64,000 nucleotides of DNA from Acidobacteriota bacterium (GCA_031361295.1 JANMCN010000156.1:6801-70800); one strand, 5' to 3'. Counted from the first letter of the stretch, positions 27,912 through 38,565 are shown. Numbers and translations are program-made. The notes: generated from the sequence alone by a model not told the origin.

Positions 27912-28997
27912 ATGAAGAATGCGCGCACGCTGCTCGTCCTGGTCTTCGGCGCGTTCACGGTCGCGGGGACCGGGGCCCTGGACAAAACGAGCGTCAGCTA
28001 CCCAGCACAGCCCGGCGCCGGACACGGCCGCCGCGTCGTCCTGCTCGCCGGCGATGAGGAGTACCGCAGCGAAGAAGGGCTGCCCATGCTCGCCAAGATC
28101 CTCAGCCAGCGCCACGGATTCAGCTGCACCGTGCTGTTCTCCGTCGCCGCCGACGGCACGATCGATCCGAAGAACTCCACGTCGCTGTCGGATCCCTCCG
28201 CGCTCGACACCGCTGACGCCGTGGTGATGCTGCTCCGTTTCCGCACGTGGCCCGACGAGACGATGGCCAAGTTCGACAGGCTCCTGAAAGCGGGGAAGCC
28301 GATCGTCGCGCTTCGCACGAGCACGCATGCCTTCAACGGCTTCCCGAAGGGCAGCCCGTGGGAGTCGTGGAACTACAACAACGCGGGAGGATTCGGGAAG
28401 CGCGTCCTCGGGGAGACATGGCTGACACACTGGGGCCGGCACAAATCGGAAGCCACGCGAGGCGCGATCGAGCCCTCGCAGCGCAGCCACCCCCTGCTGC
28501 GGGGCATCACGACAATCTTTGGCGATACGGATGTGTACGAAGCGTATCCGCCGCCGGATGCGACGGTGCTGGTGCGCGGCATCGTCCTGAACGGCATGAC
28601 GCGTGAGGCGCCACCCGCCGCGTACCGCAAACCGCGCTCGACGGACAAGCAGGAGCAGGACGTCAACGATCCCGCGATGCCGGTCGTCTGGACTCGCGTG
28701 AACACGAACGAGACCGGCGCGTCGAATCGCATCCTGACGACGACCATGGGATCGGCGACCGATCTCGAGGACGAAGGTCTCCGCCGGCTCGTCGTGAACG
28801 GCGTGTACTGGGGGCTCGGCCTCGACGTGCCGTCCCGGGCGGACGTCACGCCCGTCGACGAGTACCACCCCTCGTTCTATGGGTTCGACGGTTTCCGGAA
28901 GGGCCTCCGCGCCACGGATTTCGAGCTGGGCAAGACCGTCCCCGGGGAGCCGCTGCCGAAGCCTGCCTCGGAATCGAAAGGCGCGGGCATCCGATAA
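27912..28997 (+). CDS. ThuA-like / type-1 glutamine-amidotransferase-like domain protein, secreted
   Basis: Signal peptide MKNARTLLVLVFGAFTVAG. The sequence RVVLLAGDEEYRSEEGLPMLAKIL...ADAVVMLLRFRTWPDETM...GKPIVALRTSTHAF resembles ThuA-domain proteins from memory. Confidence 0.6.
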   Translation: MKNARTLLVLVFGAFTVAGTGALDKTSVSYPAQPGAGHGRRVVLLAGDEEYRSEEGLPMLAKILSQRHGFSCTVLFSVAADGTIDPKNSTSLSDPSALDTADAVVMLLRFRTWPDETMAKFDRLLKAGKPIVALRTSTHAFNGFPKGSPWESWNYNNAGGFGKRVLGETWLTHWGRHKSEATRGAIEPSQRSHPLLRGITTIFGDTDVYEAYPPPDATVLVRGIVLNGMTREAPPAAYRKPRSTDKQEQDVNDPAMPVVWTRVNTNETGASNRILTTTMGSATDLEDEGLRRLVVNGVYWGLGLDVPSRADVTPVDEYHPSFYGFDGFRKGLRATDFELGKTVPGEPLPKPASESKGAGIR

Positions 28998-29052
28998 CTC
29001 CCTCGCACTCGAGCCTCGCGTTGAAGGACGAGCGCTTCAGCACCCGTGACAC

Positions 29053-29937
29053 GTGCCTGTGACGACGATTCCTGAATGGGTCGAGCCTATGGCGGCCACG
29101 CTGACCGCGAAGCGGTTCACCGGCCCTGACTGGATCTTCGAGCGAAAGCTCGATGGCGTCCGCATGCTCGCCTTCAAGGACGGTTCGCGGGTTCGCCTCC
29201 TGTCGCGCAATCGTCTCGCTCAGAATGCCGCCTACCCGTCGGTGGTCGCCGCCGTCGAGGCTCTGCCCGTGCGCGACGTGATCCTCGACGGCGAAGCGAC
29301 CGGTGTGTGGAGAGCGCAGGGGAGAGTCGCCTATCACGTGTTCGATGTCCTCTGGCTCAACGGCGAAGACGTCACCGGGTCGCCGCTTTCGCGGCGGCAA
29401 CAGCTGTTGTCGGAACTGCCGCTTCGGGCGCCGCTGCGCCGCGTCGCCGCGGTGACCGACGCGGAGCCGTGGGAACGCGCGTGCCGTGAGGGGTGGGAAG
29501 GGGTGATCGCGAAGCGCCGCGACTCGCTGTACGAGCACCGACGATCTCCGCACTGGCTGAAGATGAAGTGCGAGGCCACGCAGGAGCTCGTCGTCGGCGG
29601 CTTCACGGATCCCCAGGGCGGACGGGTCGGGTTCGGAGCGCTGCTGGTCGGCTACTTCGACGGAGGGGCGTTCGTCTACGCCGGCAAGGTCGGCACGGGG
29701 TTCGACACGAAGCTCCTCCTCGAGCTCCGGAGGCGTTTCGACGCGATCGAGGTTCCGAAGCCGCCGTTCACGCGGGCGGTGGGACTGCCGCGCCTGCGGG
29801 CGCACTGGGTGCTTCCGGAGGTCGTCGTTCAGGTCGCATTCATCGAGTGGACGGTGCACGGCAAGCTGCGGCACTCGCGCCTGCTCGGACTCCGGACGGA
29901 CAAGTCCCCGACTGACGTGGTCAGGGAAACGCCGTGA
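29053..29937 (+). CDS. ligD: ATP-dependent DNA ligase, LigD ligase domain as a stand-alone protein
   Basis: Adenylation motif I ERKLDGVR (KxDG), followed by FDVLWLNGEDV, EGVIAKR, WLKMK and an OB-fold region. Confidence 0.85.
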   Translation: MPVTTIPEWVEPMAATLTAKRFTGPDWIFERKLDGVRMLAFKDGSRVRLLSRNRLAQNAAYPSVVAAVEALPVRDVILDGEATGVWRAQGRVAYHVFDVLWLNGEDVTGSPLSRRQQLLSELPLRAPLRRVAAVTDAEPWERACREGWEGVIAKRRDSLYEHRRSPHWLKMKCEATQELVVGGFTDPQGGRVGFGALLVGYFDGGAFVYAGKVGTGFDTKLLLELRRRFDAIEVPKPPFTRAVGLPRLRAHWVLPEVVVQVAFIEWTVHGKLRHSRLLGLRTDKSPTDVVRETP

Positions 29938-30806
29938 TCACGCATCCCGAAAAGGTCCTCTTCCCGCCTGCAGGCGGAGAGGCGGCGATCACCAAAGGGG
30001 AGCTTGCCGCCTACTACGAGGCCATCGCGCCGCTGATCGTTCCGCACATCAGCGGCCGCCCGGTCACCATGGAACGGTATCCGGCGGGGATTGGCGCACC
30101 AGGGTTCATCCAGAAGGACGTATCCAGGGGATTTCCGAAGTGGCTCGAACGGGTCGAGGTGCCGAAGAAAGGGGGCACTGTCCACCATCCCCTCGTCTCC
30201 GATGCACGCTCGCTGCTCTGGGTGACGAACCAGAACAGCATTACGCCCCACGTCTGGACCTCGCGAGCGCCTGACTTGCACCATCCGGACCTGTGTGTCT
30301 TCGACCTCGATCCGGCGGTGGAGGAACCCGGCGTGCTCCGCGCCGCTGCGCTCGCGCTTCGTGACGTGCTCGACGAGCTCGGGCTACCGAGCTGGGTCAA
30401 GACGTCCGGTTCGAAGGGGTTCCACATCGTGGTCCCGCTCGACCGCAAGAGCGACTTCGGGGAAGTATCGAAGTTTGCGCATGCCGTCGCGGCGCAGCTG
30501 GTCCTGCGGGATCCGACGCACCTCACGCAAGAGTTCCATAAAGTCGATCGCGGGGGGCGTATCCTCGTGGACACGGCCCGTAACGGCTACGGCGCGACGT
30601 TCGCCGCGCCGTATGCCGTCCGCGCCCGGGCGGGTGCACCCGTCTCGGCGCCGTGCACGTGGGCCGAGATCGAACGTGGAGATGTCGCGCCGCAAACCTT
30701 CACGCTCCGGAACATGGAGGCACGCGTCGCGCAGGTGGGTGATCTCTGGAAGGACATGCGACGGCGGCGGCGGTCGCTCCGCCGCGCGCTCGCCCGGATC
30801 TCCTGA
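29934..30806 (+). CDS. ligD: LigD polymerase/primase (AEP) domain as a stand-alone protein
   Basis: ITHPEKVLFP...TKGELAAYYEAIAPLIVPHISGRPVTMERYPAGI...DLDP...VKTSGSKGFHIV is the LigD-Pol pattern. Its start overlaps the ligase stop in GTGA (29934-29937). Confidence 0.85.
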   Translation: MITHPEKVLFPPAGGEAAITKGELAAYYEAIAPLIVPHISGRPVTMERYPAGIGAPGFIQKDVSRGFPKWLERVEVPKKGGTVHHPLVSDARSLLWVTNQNSITPHVWTSRAPDLHHPDLCVFDLDPAVEEPGVLRAAALALRDVLDELGLPSWVKTSGSKGFHIVVPLDRKSDFGEVSKFAHAVAAQLVLRDPTHLTQEFHKVDRGGRILVDTARNGYGATFAAPYAVRARAGAPVSAPCTWAEIERGDVAPQTFTLRNMEARVAQVGDLWKDMRRRRRSLRRALARIS

Positions 30807-30855
30807 CAGGGCCGCTGGCTTCCGGTAACTCGCTGATCTGATCGAGGGGGCGCGT

Positions 30856-31686
30856 ATGAACGCCGTGTGGATCCCCGTCGCGCTCGTTCTGCTGACCTTG
30901 TCAGCCTCTCCTGCCGCCGTCGCGCCGCAGTCCATAGCCCCGCCCTCAACCGCCGCGCTCACGAAGACGGACATGGAGCGCTTCCTCAGGACGGCGAAGA
31001 TCGTCCGACAGAGGGACATTGCGAAAGGGGTCACCGGCCCGCTTCGACTCACCCTCAGGGACGGCACCCTGGAGCACGATGCGGCCTTCTCAGCGGTCGA
31101 CGAACATCTGTCCGTCATGAAATTTGCGAATGGCGGCACGGAGATCGACTTCGTCGACTCCTACCGGTACACACTCGCCGCGTACAAGCTCGCCGAATCG
31201 CTGAACCTCGACACCATGATGCCGGTCACGGTCGAGCGCGCCTGGAACCTGAAGCCGGGCGCGCTCAGCTGGTGGGTGGACGCGCGCTGGGACGAGGGAG
31301 CCCGGCTGAAACAGCACCTCGAACCGCCGGATCCCGACGCCTGGAACAAGCAGATGCACCGGATGCGCGTGTTCACGGCGCTCGTCGCCGACACGGACCG
31401 CAACCTCGGCAACGTCCTGATCTCGGCCGACTGGAAGCTCTGGATGATCGACTTCACGCGCGCCTTCCGCCGCACCCACAAGCTGCTCGCCCCGCAGAAC
31501 CTGACCCGCTGCGACCGCCAGCTGCTCGCCGTCCTGCGGACGCTCAAACAGGACGACGTGGAGGCGGCGACCAAACCGTACCTGGGTCGAACGGACGTGG
31601 AATCCATCATGGCGCGACGCGATCTGATCGTCGCGCTCTTCGAGAAGCGCGTCGCCGAAAGGGGCGAGGCGGCCGTGCTGTACTAG
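30856..31686 (+). CDS. Secreted hypothetical protein with PI3/PI4-kinase-like catalytic motifs
   Basis: GAGGGGG RBS. Signal peptide MNAVWIPVALVLLTLSASPAAVA. The C-terminal half contains DTDRNLGNVLI (DRxxxN catalytic-loop-like) followed 9 residues later by MIDFTRAF (DFG-like). Confidence 0.5.
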   Translation: MNAVWIPVALVLLTLSASPAAVAPQSIAPPSTAALTKTDMERFLRTAKIVRQRDIAKGVTGPLRLTLRDGTLEHDAAFSAVDEHLSVMKFANGGTEIDFVDSYRYTLAAYKLAESLNLDTMMPVTVERAWNLKPGALSWWVDARWDEGARLKQHLEPPDPDAWNKQMHRMRVFTALVADTDRNLGNVLISADWKLWMIDFTRAFRRTHKLLAPQNLTRCDRQLLAVLRTLKQDDVEAATKPYLGRTDVESIMARRDLIVALFEKRVAERGEAAVLY

Positions 31687-31696
31687 CAGCCGCACC

Positions 31697-31731
31697 GGCC
31701 GGACGCCGCTCCGATTCAGGGAGCGCCGGCC
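31697..31731. terminator. Bipartite GC hairpin between convergent genes
   Basis: GGCCGG..CGCTCC / GGAGCG.CCGGCC arms span 31697-31731, between the stops at 31686 and 31733. Confidence 0.35.
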
Positions 31732-31732
31732 G

Positions 31733-34204
31733 CTAGGCTTCCCACCGCAGGGCAATCGCGGGATCGACGCGCGCCGCGCGCGCGGCCGGGATGTAGCTCG
31801 CGAGCAGGGCGGTGGCCGCAAGACCCATCGAGACCGCCACGTAGGTGACCGGATCCATCGGGCTGACGCCAAAGAGCAGCGTCGACATCACCCTCGTCAG
31901 GCCGGCGGCGGCGGCAATCCCCGCGGCGATCCCGATGACGGCGAGCCACAGGCCCTGACGCAGGAAGAGGCCCGTGACATCCCGCGCCGCGGCGCCGAGC
32001 GCAATCCGGATTCCGATCTCGCGGGTCCGCTGCGTCGCCACGTACGAGATGACGCCGTAGATACCGACCACCCCGAGCAGCAGGGCTACGCCGGCGGCGA
32101 TCGCGAGCATCACCAGCATGAAGGAGGTCTGCGCCATCGACTGGGCACGCAGCTGCTCCACGGTGCGCACTCCGGCCACCGGAAGATTGGCATTCACCGA
32201 CCACACAGCCTGCTGGATTTCCTTCAGCAGCGTCGGGGAGCCCGCCCGTTCCGTCCGGACCGCATAGCCCATCGTCCGCTGCACCAGCAGCGGCTCGTCC
32301 CAGAAGTCCTTCATCATCATCGGCCAGTACATGATGGCCGGCGCGGGCTGCGCCACGCCGTTGTCGCGTGCGTCGGCGACCACACCGACGATCGTCCGCC
32401 AGGGGTTCTTGGGATTCTGGCGGATCCGCCGCCCCACGGCTGCGTCGGGGGCCTTCCAGTATTCGCGCGCAAAGTTTTCGGTCACGACGACCACCGGCGC
32501 CTGCGTATACACGTCCGTCCAGGAGATCACCCGGCCGGCAAGCAGGCGATTTCCCATCGCGGCGAAATAGCCTTCCCCGATCCATTTGAATCTCCGCAGC
32601 GGCGGCAGCCGGCCGCCGGGGCCGGGAAAGTCCTCGACAAAAATGGGATCGCTGCTGTCGTTGCCGTCCATCGTGATCGACGTGGAAAGACCGACGGCTT
32701 TGACCCCCGCAATCTGTGCGATGCGCCGGGCGATCTGTTCGTGCGTCCTCGCCGCCTGTTCCTTGTCCGCCACGAGCGACTCAGGGATCGAGACCCTCAG
32801 GGTCAGGATCTGTTCCGGCTGCGTGAATCCCGGATCGACGCGACGCATCGCCTGGAACGTGCGCATCATCAGGCCCGATCCGACGAGGAGCACGACGGCC
32901 AGCGCGACCTCGGCGACGACGAGCGTGTTGCGCGCGCGGTGGCGCGCTCGACCGTCGCTCGACGCGCGTCCGCCTTCCTTCAGCGACGACGCGAGCTGCG
33001 GGCTGGTGAATTTCAGCACCGGAAGCAGGCCGAAGAGCAGCCCGGCGACGAGGGAGATCGCCACCGTGAAGGCCAGGACCGTCGGATCGATGCGGATCTC
33101 GTCCACGCGCGGCAGGCCTTCCGGGGCGACGGCGATGAGCACCCGGATACCGGCCTCCGCAAGCAGCGCCCCGAGCGCTCCGCCGGCGAACGCAAGCGCC
33201 AGGCTTTCTGACAGGAGTTCCCAGCTGATGCGGGCTCGGCTCGCACCGAGCGCCGCGTGGATCGCCAGTTCCTGCTGACGGCCTTCCGCGCGGACCAGGA
33301 ACAGATTCGCCACGTTGGCGCACGCGATGAGCAGGACGATTCCGACGGTCCCGAGCAGCACCCACAACGTGCGGCCGATGTCGCCGACCACGTCGACCGC
33401 CAGCGGGCGGACGTTGGGGCCCATCCGGACTTCGTCGAACATCTGCCGCGTAAATCCGTTCGGCAGGGGGAACCGCTCCACCACGAGCGGCAGCATCCGC
33501 GCGACATCGGCGTTTGCCTGGGCCAGCGTGGCGCCCGGCTTCAGCCTCGCGAGCCCCTGGTAGCTGAAGTTCCCGACGAAGACCTTGGACCGATCGATCT
33601 GCAACGGCACCACGATTTGAGGAGTGCTGTTGAGGAACCTGAAGCCGGCAGACAGCACGCCGATGATGTCGCGCGGCGTACCGTCGACGACGAGCGAGCG
33701 GCCGAGCACCGCGGGATCGCCGCCCATGGTCCGCTCCCAGTACCCGTGTGTGAGCAGCACGCGCGCCGGGGCCGACGGCGTATCGTCGGCCTTCGTGAAC
33801 GTCCGCCCCAGCACCGGCTGCACGCGCAGCGCCGCGAGCGTGCCATCGGTCACGAACAGCGCCTCGAGGCGCTCCGGCTCCCCGATTCCCGTGACCGACA
33901 CCGAGCCGTTGTCCCACAACCCGAAGTCCTGGAACACACGGCCCTCTTCACGGTAGGTGAAGTAGGTGGCGGGTGACTGGTTCATGACCGGGATGTTCAT
34001 GCCAGGCGCCGCGTGCCACACGCCGACCAGGCGGTCGGCGTCCGGATAGGGCAGGGGCTTCAGCAGCACCCCGTTGACCACGCTGAAAATGGCGGTGTTC
34101 GCGCCAATCCCGAGGCCAAGGGTAAGGACCGCGACGACGGAGAACACCGGCGCCCGTAGCAGGCGCCTGAGAGTGCGATCGACGCGCGAGGACATCCGGG
34201 ACAT
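31733..34204 (-). CDS. ADOP-family duplicated FtsX/MacB-like ABC permease
   Basis: 823 aa. The N-terminus [51 protein letters not shown] is typical of acidobacterial duplicated orphan permeases. There are two FtsX-like 4-TM modules, each preceded by a large periplasmic domain. Confidence 0.85.
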   Translation of the reverse strand: MSRMSSRVDRTLRRLLRAPVFSVVAVLTLGLGIGANTAIFSVVNGVLLKPLPYPDADRLVGVWHAAPGMNIPVMNQSPATYFTYREEGRVFQDFGLWDNGSVSVTGIGEPERLEALFVTDGTLAALRVQPVLGRTFTKADDTPSAPARVLLTHGYWERTMGGDPAVLGRSLVVDGTPRDIIGVLSAGFRFLNSTPQIVVPLQIDRSKVFVGNFSYQGLARLKPGATLAQANADVARMLPLVVERFPLPNGFTRQMFDEVRMGPNVRPLAVDVVGDIGRTLWVLLGTVGIVLLIACANVANLFLVRAEGRQQELAIHAALGASRARISWELLSESLALAFAGGALGALLAEAGIRVLIAVAPEGLPRVDEIRIDPTVLAFTVAISLVAGLLFGLLPVLKFTSPQLASSLKEGGRASSDGRARHRARNTLVVAEVALAVVLLVGSGLMMRTFQAMRRVDPGFTQPEQILTLRVSIPESLVADKEQAARTHEQIARRIAQIAGVKAVGLSTSITMDGNDSSDPIFVEDFPGPGGRLPPLRRFKWIGEGYFAAMGNRLLAGRVISWTDVYTQAPVVVVTENFAREYWKAPDAAVGRRIRQNPKNPWRTIVGVVADARDNGVAQPAPAIMYWPMMMKDFWDEPLLVQRTMGYAVRTERAGSPTLLKEIQQAVWSVNANLPVAGVRTVEQLRAQSMAQTSFMLVMLAIAAGVALLLGVVGIYGVISYVATQRTREIGIRIALGAAARDVTGLFLRQGLWLAVIGIAAGIAAAAGLTRVMSTLLFGVSPMDPVTYVAVSMGLAATALLASYIPAARAARVDPAIALRWEA

Positions 34205-34297
34205 GCGCTGGTATACGGTCGGCGCCGGTCAGAGGTTCAGGCGGACAGCCCTCAGCCTTCAGCGTTCCACACTTCAGACTTCAGACTCTCTTCCGTC

Positions 34298-35098
34298 TCA
34301 ACTATTGTCGCCGTCCAGCAGATCGCCGAGTCCGCCGAGGATCGAGCCTTCCTCACGCCCGCCTCGACCCGCCCTGGGGACGGCCGCGATAATCCGGTTC
34401 GCCAGGCGGCTGAGGGGAAGCGACTGAAGCCAGACGCGACCGGGGCCGGTCAGCGTCGCAAAGAAGAGGCCTTCTCCGCCGAAGAGCGCCGACTTGATCT
34501 TCCCGACGTATTGGATCTCGTAATTGACCGACGGCTGGAACGCGACGATGCACCCGGTGTCCACCCGGACGGTTTCCCCGGCGCGGAGCGTCCGTTCGTG
34601 GAGCGTGCCGCCGGCATGCACGAAGACCCACCCGTCTCCCTGCAGCCGCTGCATGATGAACCCCTCGCCGCCGAACAGGCCGACGCCGAGCTTCCGCTGG
34701 AACGCGATGCCGATCGAGACGCCCTTGGCGGCCGCCAGAAACGAATCCTTCTGCGCGATCAGTTCCCCGCCGATGTCGGCGAGCGGGATCGCGATGATCT
34801 TTCCGGGGTACGGCGCCCCGAATGCGACTTTCCGCTTCTGGCCGGACCGGTTGAGGAAGACGGTCATGAACAGCGACTCGCCGGTCAGCAGCCGCTTGCC
34901 GGCCCCCATGAGGGCGCCGAGCACACCGCCCTGCTTCTGCGACCCGTCGCCGAAGATCGTCTCCATCTCGATGCCGTCTTCCATGTACATCATCCCGCCG
35001 GCTTCGGCCACGGTGGCCTCCTGCGGGTCCAGTTCGACTTCGACATACTGCATGTCGTCGCCGAAGATCTGGTACTCGATCTCGTGCATGTCGGGCAT
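34298..35098 (-). CDS. TIGR00266 / AIM24 family protein
   Basis: [52 protein letters not shown], and a C-terminal GGLGDLL tail, characteristic of this family. Confidence 0.8.
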   Translation of the reverse strand: MPDMHEIEYQIFGDDMQYVEVELDPQEATVAEAGGMMYMEDGIEMETIFGDGSQKQGGVLGALMGAGKRLLTGESLFMTVFLNRSGQKRKVAFGAPYPGKIIAIPLADIGGELIAQKDSFLAAAKGVSIGIAFQRKLGVGLFGGEGFIMQRLQGDGWVFVHAGGTLHERTLRAGETVRVDTGCIVAFQPSVNYEIQYVGKIKSALFGGEGLFFATLTGPGRVWLQSLPLSRLANRIIAAVPRAGRGGREEGSILGGLGDLLDGDNS

Positions 35099-35239
35099 CG
35101 GCGTGGGCGTCCTTTCGGGAACTGCAAGTGGTCGGAGCGCTGACAGATTCTACGATGCGTTACACAAACGGGTTCCGCAGCGGGTTGCAGGGTACGGCCG
35201 GTTTGCCGGTCGAGGCGCGCGGCCGGAACGAGCGGCGGG

Positions 35240-35563
35240 TCAGGGCCGCTGACGTGCCGGACCTCGGAGCAGGTAATGGAGACCCATTCCGGCATACGCG
35301 CCGGCCAGCGGGAAAACCATCACAATCAGCATCGACGCCGACCCGGCTGACGGCTTCGCGACGAAGGCGTGCAGCGGGATCCAGAGCCCGATGCCCAAGG
35401 CCCACAGCCACGGCCGGCGGGGACCGAAGAACCCGAGGATGGCGGCGAACATCAGCATCGAAAAGGCGGTGATGCCGGTGGCGTCCCACCCTGGCCGCGA
35501 ATCCACGTAGGCGATGGACAGGCCGAAGACGACGGCGGCGCAGAACAGAATGCGGTTCCGCAT
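35240..35563 (-). CDS. Small integral membrane protein (4 TM), hypothetical
   Basis: Start MRNRILF at 35563 with an AAAGGG RBS. Four hydrophobic helices. The longer ORF N-terminus is not coding-like. Confidence 0.6.
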   Translation of the reverse strand: MRNRILFCAAVVFGLSIAYVDSRPGWDATGITAFSMLMFAAILGFFGPRRPWLWALGIGLWIPLHAFVAKPSAGSASMLIVMVFPLAGAYAGMGLHYLLRGPARQRP

Positions 35564-35733
35564 CAGGACCCTTTCTGCCGCGAACGCCGCGGCGACGACC
35601 TCGGGCGCATCACGGCGCGCATGCCTTACATAGCACGCAATGCGGCACACCGCCCGGACGGCATGCGGCGGGCCCTGAAGGCGCGCGAGCTCGGCACTTT
35701 CGCGTGACGCGGATTCGACGACATAATGTTGGT

Positions 35734-36183
35734 ATGAGAAACGTCATACAGCGGGCGCTGTTGATCGGCCTCGCCGCAGCCGTCGGAACCGGCGCCGGGG
35801 CTCAGGCGCCGGTCCCGATCTCGGTCTACAAGAGCGCGACCTGCGGGTGCTGCGCGAAATGGGTGGAGCATCTCCGCGCGAGCGGATTCGCGCCGACGGC
35901 GACGAACGTCGAGAACATCACGACCGTCAAGACGAAGTACCACGTGCCGAATGCGGTCCAATCCTGCCACACCGCGCTCGTCGGCGGGTATGTCATCGAA
36001 GGGCACGTGCCGGCTTCGGACATCAGGCGACTCCTCAAGGAGCGTCCCGCGATCAGTGGTCTGGCCGTCGGCGGGATGCCTGCGGGTTCTCCCGGCATGG
36101 AAGGCCCTCCGCCGCAGCGGTACGACGTGCTGTCGTTCGACACGCAGGGGACGACCAGGGTCTACGCGACGCACGGTAACTAG
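35734..36183 (+). CDS. DUF411 (CopG-like) periplasmic metal-binding protein
   Basis: Signal peptide MRNVIQRALLIGLAAAVGTGAGAQA. YKSATCGCCAKWVEHLRASGF...CHTALVGGYVIEGHVP...GLAVGGMPAGSPGME is the DUF411 pattern. Confidence 0.8.
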   Translation: MRNVIQRALLIGLAAAVGTGAGAQAPVPISVYKSATCGCCAKWVEHLRASGFAPTATNVENITTVKTKYHVPNAVQSCHTALVGGYVIEGHVPASDIRRLLKERPAISGLAVGGMPAGSPGMEGPPPQRYDVLSFDTQGTTRVYATHGN

Positions 36184-36187
36184 TCCG

Positions 36188-36853
36188 ATGACACACCGGG
36201 GTGGGGGCGGGCCCGGCCCGTGCGGTCACGGGCGGAGGCGCGGCGCGTCCGCGGCGCTCCTCGTGATGCTGTGGGTGCCGGCTGCGGCCGCCGTCACGGT
36301 GTCGCTCACACAGTCCGACACGCGGCGAGCCCTGCGGCTCGGGGACGGTGCGCCGGCCGCGCGGGCGGAGTTCCATGCGCCTTACATCATCAAGGTCAGG
36401 GACTCGGTCATTCACGAAATCCAGGTGCTGACGGAGTTCCGCCGCACCGTGATGGCAACCGAAGACGCCTTGAAGCGCGGCGACTGGGCGGTCGCGAAGG
36501 GGGCCAGAAGCCTCAACGGCCAGGGCATCGACGAAGTCGTGAAGCCGTGGCGCGGCAAGGTGACCCTCGTCGCCACGCTGCAGCTCGATGCGCTGCACAC
36601 GTACGTCGCCGTGCCGAACTGCGAAGTCATGATGGGCGGCATGCCGGTGGTCGCATCGCTGGATCGGCGGGCCACCCCCCGCTCCTCGCTCCCGTACTCG
36701 AGCCGGGGCACGATGACGACATCGCTCGTGGGCGCCGTGATCGAGGCGGACTTCGACTCGGCGGCGGTCGGCCAGACGTCGAGAGACGCCGTCGTCATCT
36801 GCGACGGGCGGGACGTGGCGCGGACGCCCATCGACTTCAGCCGACTCGAATAG
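36188..36853 (+). CDS. Hypothetical exported protein
   Basis: ATG 36188 lies 5 nt after the DUF411 stop. A Gly/Arg-rich N-terminus is followed by the hydrophobic AALLVMLWVPAAAA. Coding-like GC3. No family recognised. Confidence 0.55.
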   Translation: MTHRGGGGPGPCGHGRRRGASAALLVMLWVPAAAAVTVSLTQSDTRRALRLGDGAPAARAEFHAPYIIKVRDSVIHEIQVLTEFRRTVMATEDALKRGDWAVAKGARSLNGQGIDEVVKPWRGKVTLVATLQLDALHTYVAVPNCEVMMGGMPVVASLDRRATPRSSLPYSSRGTMTTSLVGAVIEADFDSAAVGQTSRDAVVICDGRDVARTPIDFSRLE

Positions 36854-36865
36854 CGGCGCGTCCCG

Positions 36866-38242
36866 TCATTGCGCGGTGAACGACCAGACCGGCCCCGCCG
36901 CGGACTGATTCGCCATCGTCTTGCTGACGATCTTCCAGTAATACGTCACTCCGGATGTCAGCGCCGGCAGCGCATACTTCTTCGTGGTGTTCGGCGAGAC
37001 CGAGACGCTGCCCGCCACGAGCGGCGGCGTCGATGTCGTCCCGAAGTACACGTCGGCCCTGTGCGCCCACGGGCCCGGCTTCCATGCCAGGTACACGCCG
37101 GTCACCGGCTGCAGAGCCAGGTTGGCCGGCGCCGTGTACACGGGTTTGTCCGGGGGAAGGGGAGCAAACGCCTTCGTCTCCGCGTTGCCCGTCGAGTTCT
37201 GCCACTTCCGATCGAAGTTGGCCTTGAACCACGCAAAGATCCAGTCCTTCTTCGTGAAGTAGTTGTGTTCGTACTGGGACGCGCTGGACTCGAACGTCCA
37301 GTTGGACGAACCGAAGATCGACATCAGCTGTCCGTAGAGCAGCGCGATTTTCTCGTGCGTGAATCCCTGATGCGCCCGCACGCGGATCTGCACGCCCGCC
37401 GCGTACAGCCGATCCACGTTGTAGGCCTGCCACACGTTCGCCGTGCTCCGATACCACGAGGGCTCGACGATGAGCCGCACCGGGACGCCGCGCTTTGCTG
37501 CGCGAATCAGGCCGTCGGCATGACCGGGCTCGGTGATCTTGTACATGATGACGTCGATACGGCTCGTCTCGGCGTCGTACAACGGGACGGCGCGCTTCGC
37601 GAAGTTCTGCCACGGCACGAACAGCAGGTCCGGGCTGATGGGGAACGTGCCGTACTCGCGCAGCAGCGGCCCGTTGATGTTGGCGTAGTTGGTGATCGTG
37701 GCCGTCTCGAGCCACGCATCGTCCATCCTCGTCTTGAAGGAGTCCACCAGGGCGGGGTCGTCCGTGTAGTACACGGCCTCGTCCGTGTAGTTGACATACG
37801 GGGTCACGGGAATGAAGTAGTAGTCGCTGAAATTGGCGGCGCCGACCTCCAGCGTCTCCTGCCCGGGGAAGAGCATGAATTTCCAGTGGAGGCTGCTTCC
37901 CGAGCTCTTGCCGCGCATCGGGATCCCGGCGGCGGCGAGCTTCTGGAGGACGGCGGCGTTCCGGGTCGATACGGAATTGCGCCGCGGATCCATGAGCACA
38001 CGAACGGGCAGCCCACCACTGAAGCGCCTGATCACGGCATCCGCGACCACATCGTCTTCCATCATGTCGAAGGCCACGTCAATCCTCGCCTGCTCGTTGG
38101 CGATGAGGGTGAGCAGCGGCGCGCGGCAGTCCTGGAACGACGTGTCACACAGGCGCTCGGCGGCCCCGGCGGCCGGCGCGTACGCCACGCCGAGGAGCAT
38201 CGCGCCGGCGAGCGCGATGCGACACGAGTATTTCGAATGCAC
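36866..38242 (-). CDS. Secreted phospholipase-D-family (double HKD) protein with a C-terminal FN3-like domain
   Basis: Two HxK motifs in PLD context (SSLHWKFMLF and GFTHEKIALLYG ... GSSNWT). The C-terminal 100 aa (VYLAWKPGPWAHRADVYFGTTSTP...VTYYWKIVS) is FN3-like. GTG 38242 follows GGGAGG. Confidence 0.75.
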   Translation of the reverse strand: MHSKYSCRIALAGAMLLGVAYAPAAGAAERLCDTSFQDCRAPLLTLIANEQARIDVAFDMMEDDVVADAVIRRFSGGLPVRVLMDPRRNSVSTRNAAVLQKLAAAGIPMRGKSSGSSLHWKFMLFPGQETLEVGAANFSDYYFIPVTPYVNYTDEAVYYTDDPALVDSFKTRMDDAWLETATITNYANINGPLLREYGTFPISPDLLFVPWQNFAKRAVPLYDAETSRIDVIMYKITEPGHADGLIRAAKRGVPVRLIVEPSWYRSTANVWQAYNVDRLYAAGVQIRVRAHQGFTHEKIALLYGQLMSIFGSSNWTFESSASQYEHNYFTKKDWIFAWFKANFDRKWQNSTGNAETKAFAPLPPDKPVYTAPANLALQPVTGVYLAWKPGPWAHRADVYFGTTSTPPLVAGSVSVSPNTTKKYALPALTSGVTYYWKIVSKTMANQSAAGPVWSFTAQ

Positions 38243-38541
38243 GGTCCTCCCTGGACAGAGTGCGATGCAAGCGGCGGGAGCACACACCGTGCCACGAGCG
38301 CGTCGCGGAATTCAAGACGTGATGTCCGTCCTTCGCGCGTCGCCGTGGGTTCGCAACGGTGTAGATATGCACGGTTGAGTTGGCTTTCGAGGCGGCGCCG
38401 GGAGACAGGTGCGAGGGGCCGGACGGCGACGGCACCCGCGAGGCCCGCACAATTCGGCGCCATTTCGACCGGCGGATCAGCTAGAATTGCAGCTGGATGA
38501 TCGAGTCGGGCCGAAGCCTGCACTGCCCACGACTACGCCCG

Positions 38542-38565
38542 GGCCGGTCAATGACCGGCCTTTTT
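38542..38565 (+). terminator. Canonical Rho-independent terminator with no upstream gene on its strand
   Basis: GGCCGGT (38542-38548) / ACCGGCC (38554-38560), 5-nt loop CAATG, then TTTTT (38561-38565). This is the only stem with a clean U-tract that I found in the window. Confidence 0.55.

Noticed and set aside
34257-34288. CTTCAG x3 / tandem ACTTCAG heptamer between the AIM24 and ADOP genes
   Set aside because: There are only two exact tandem units and one dispersed copy, which is too short to distinguish from chance. It is noted only as lying upstream of the ADOP -10-like element.
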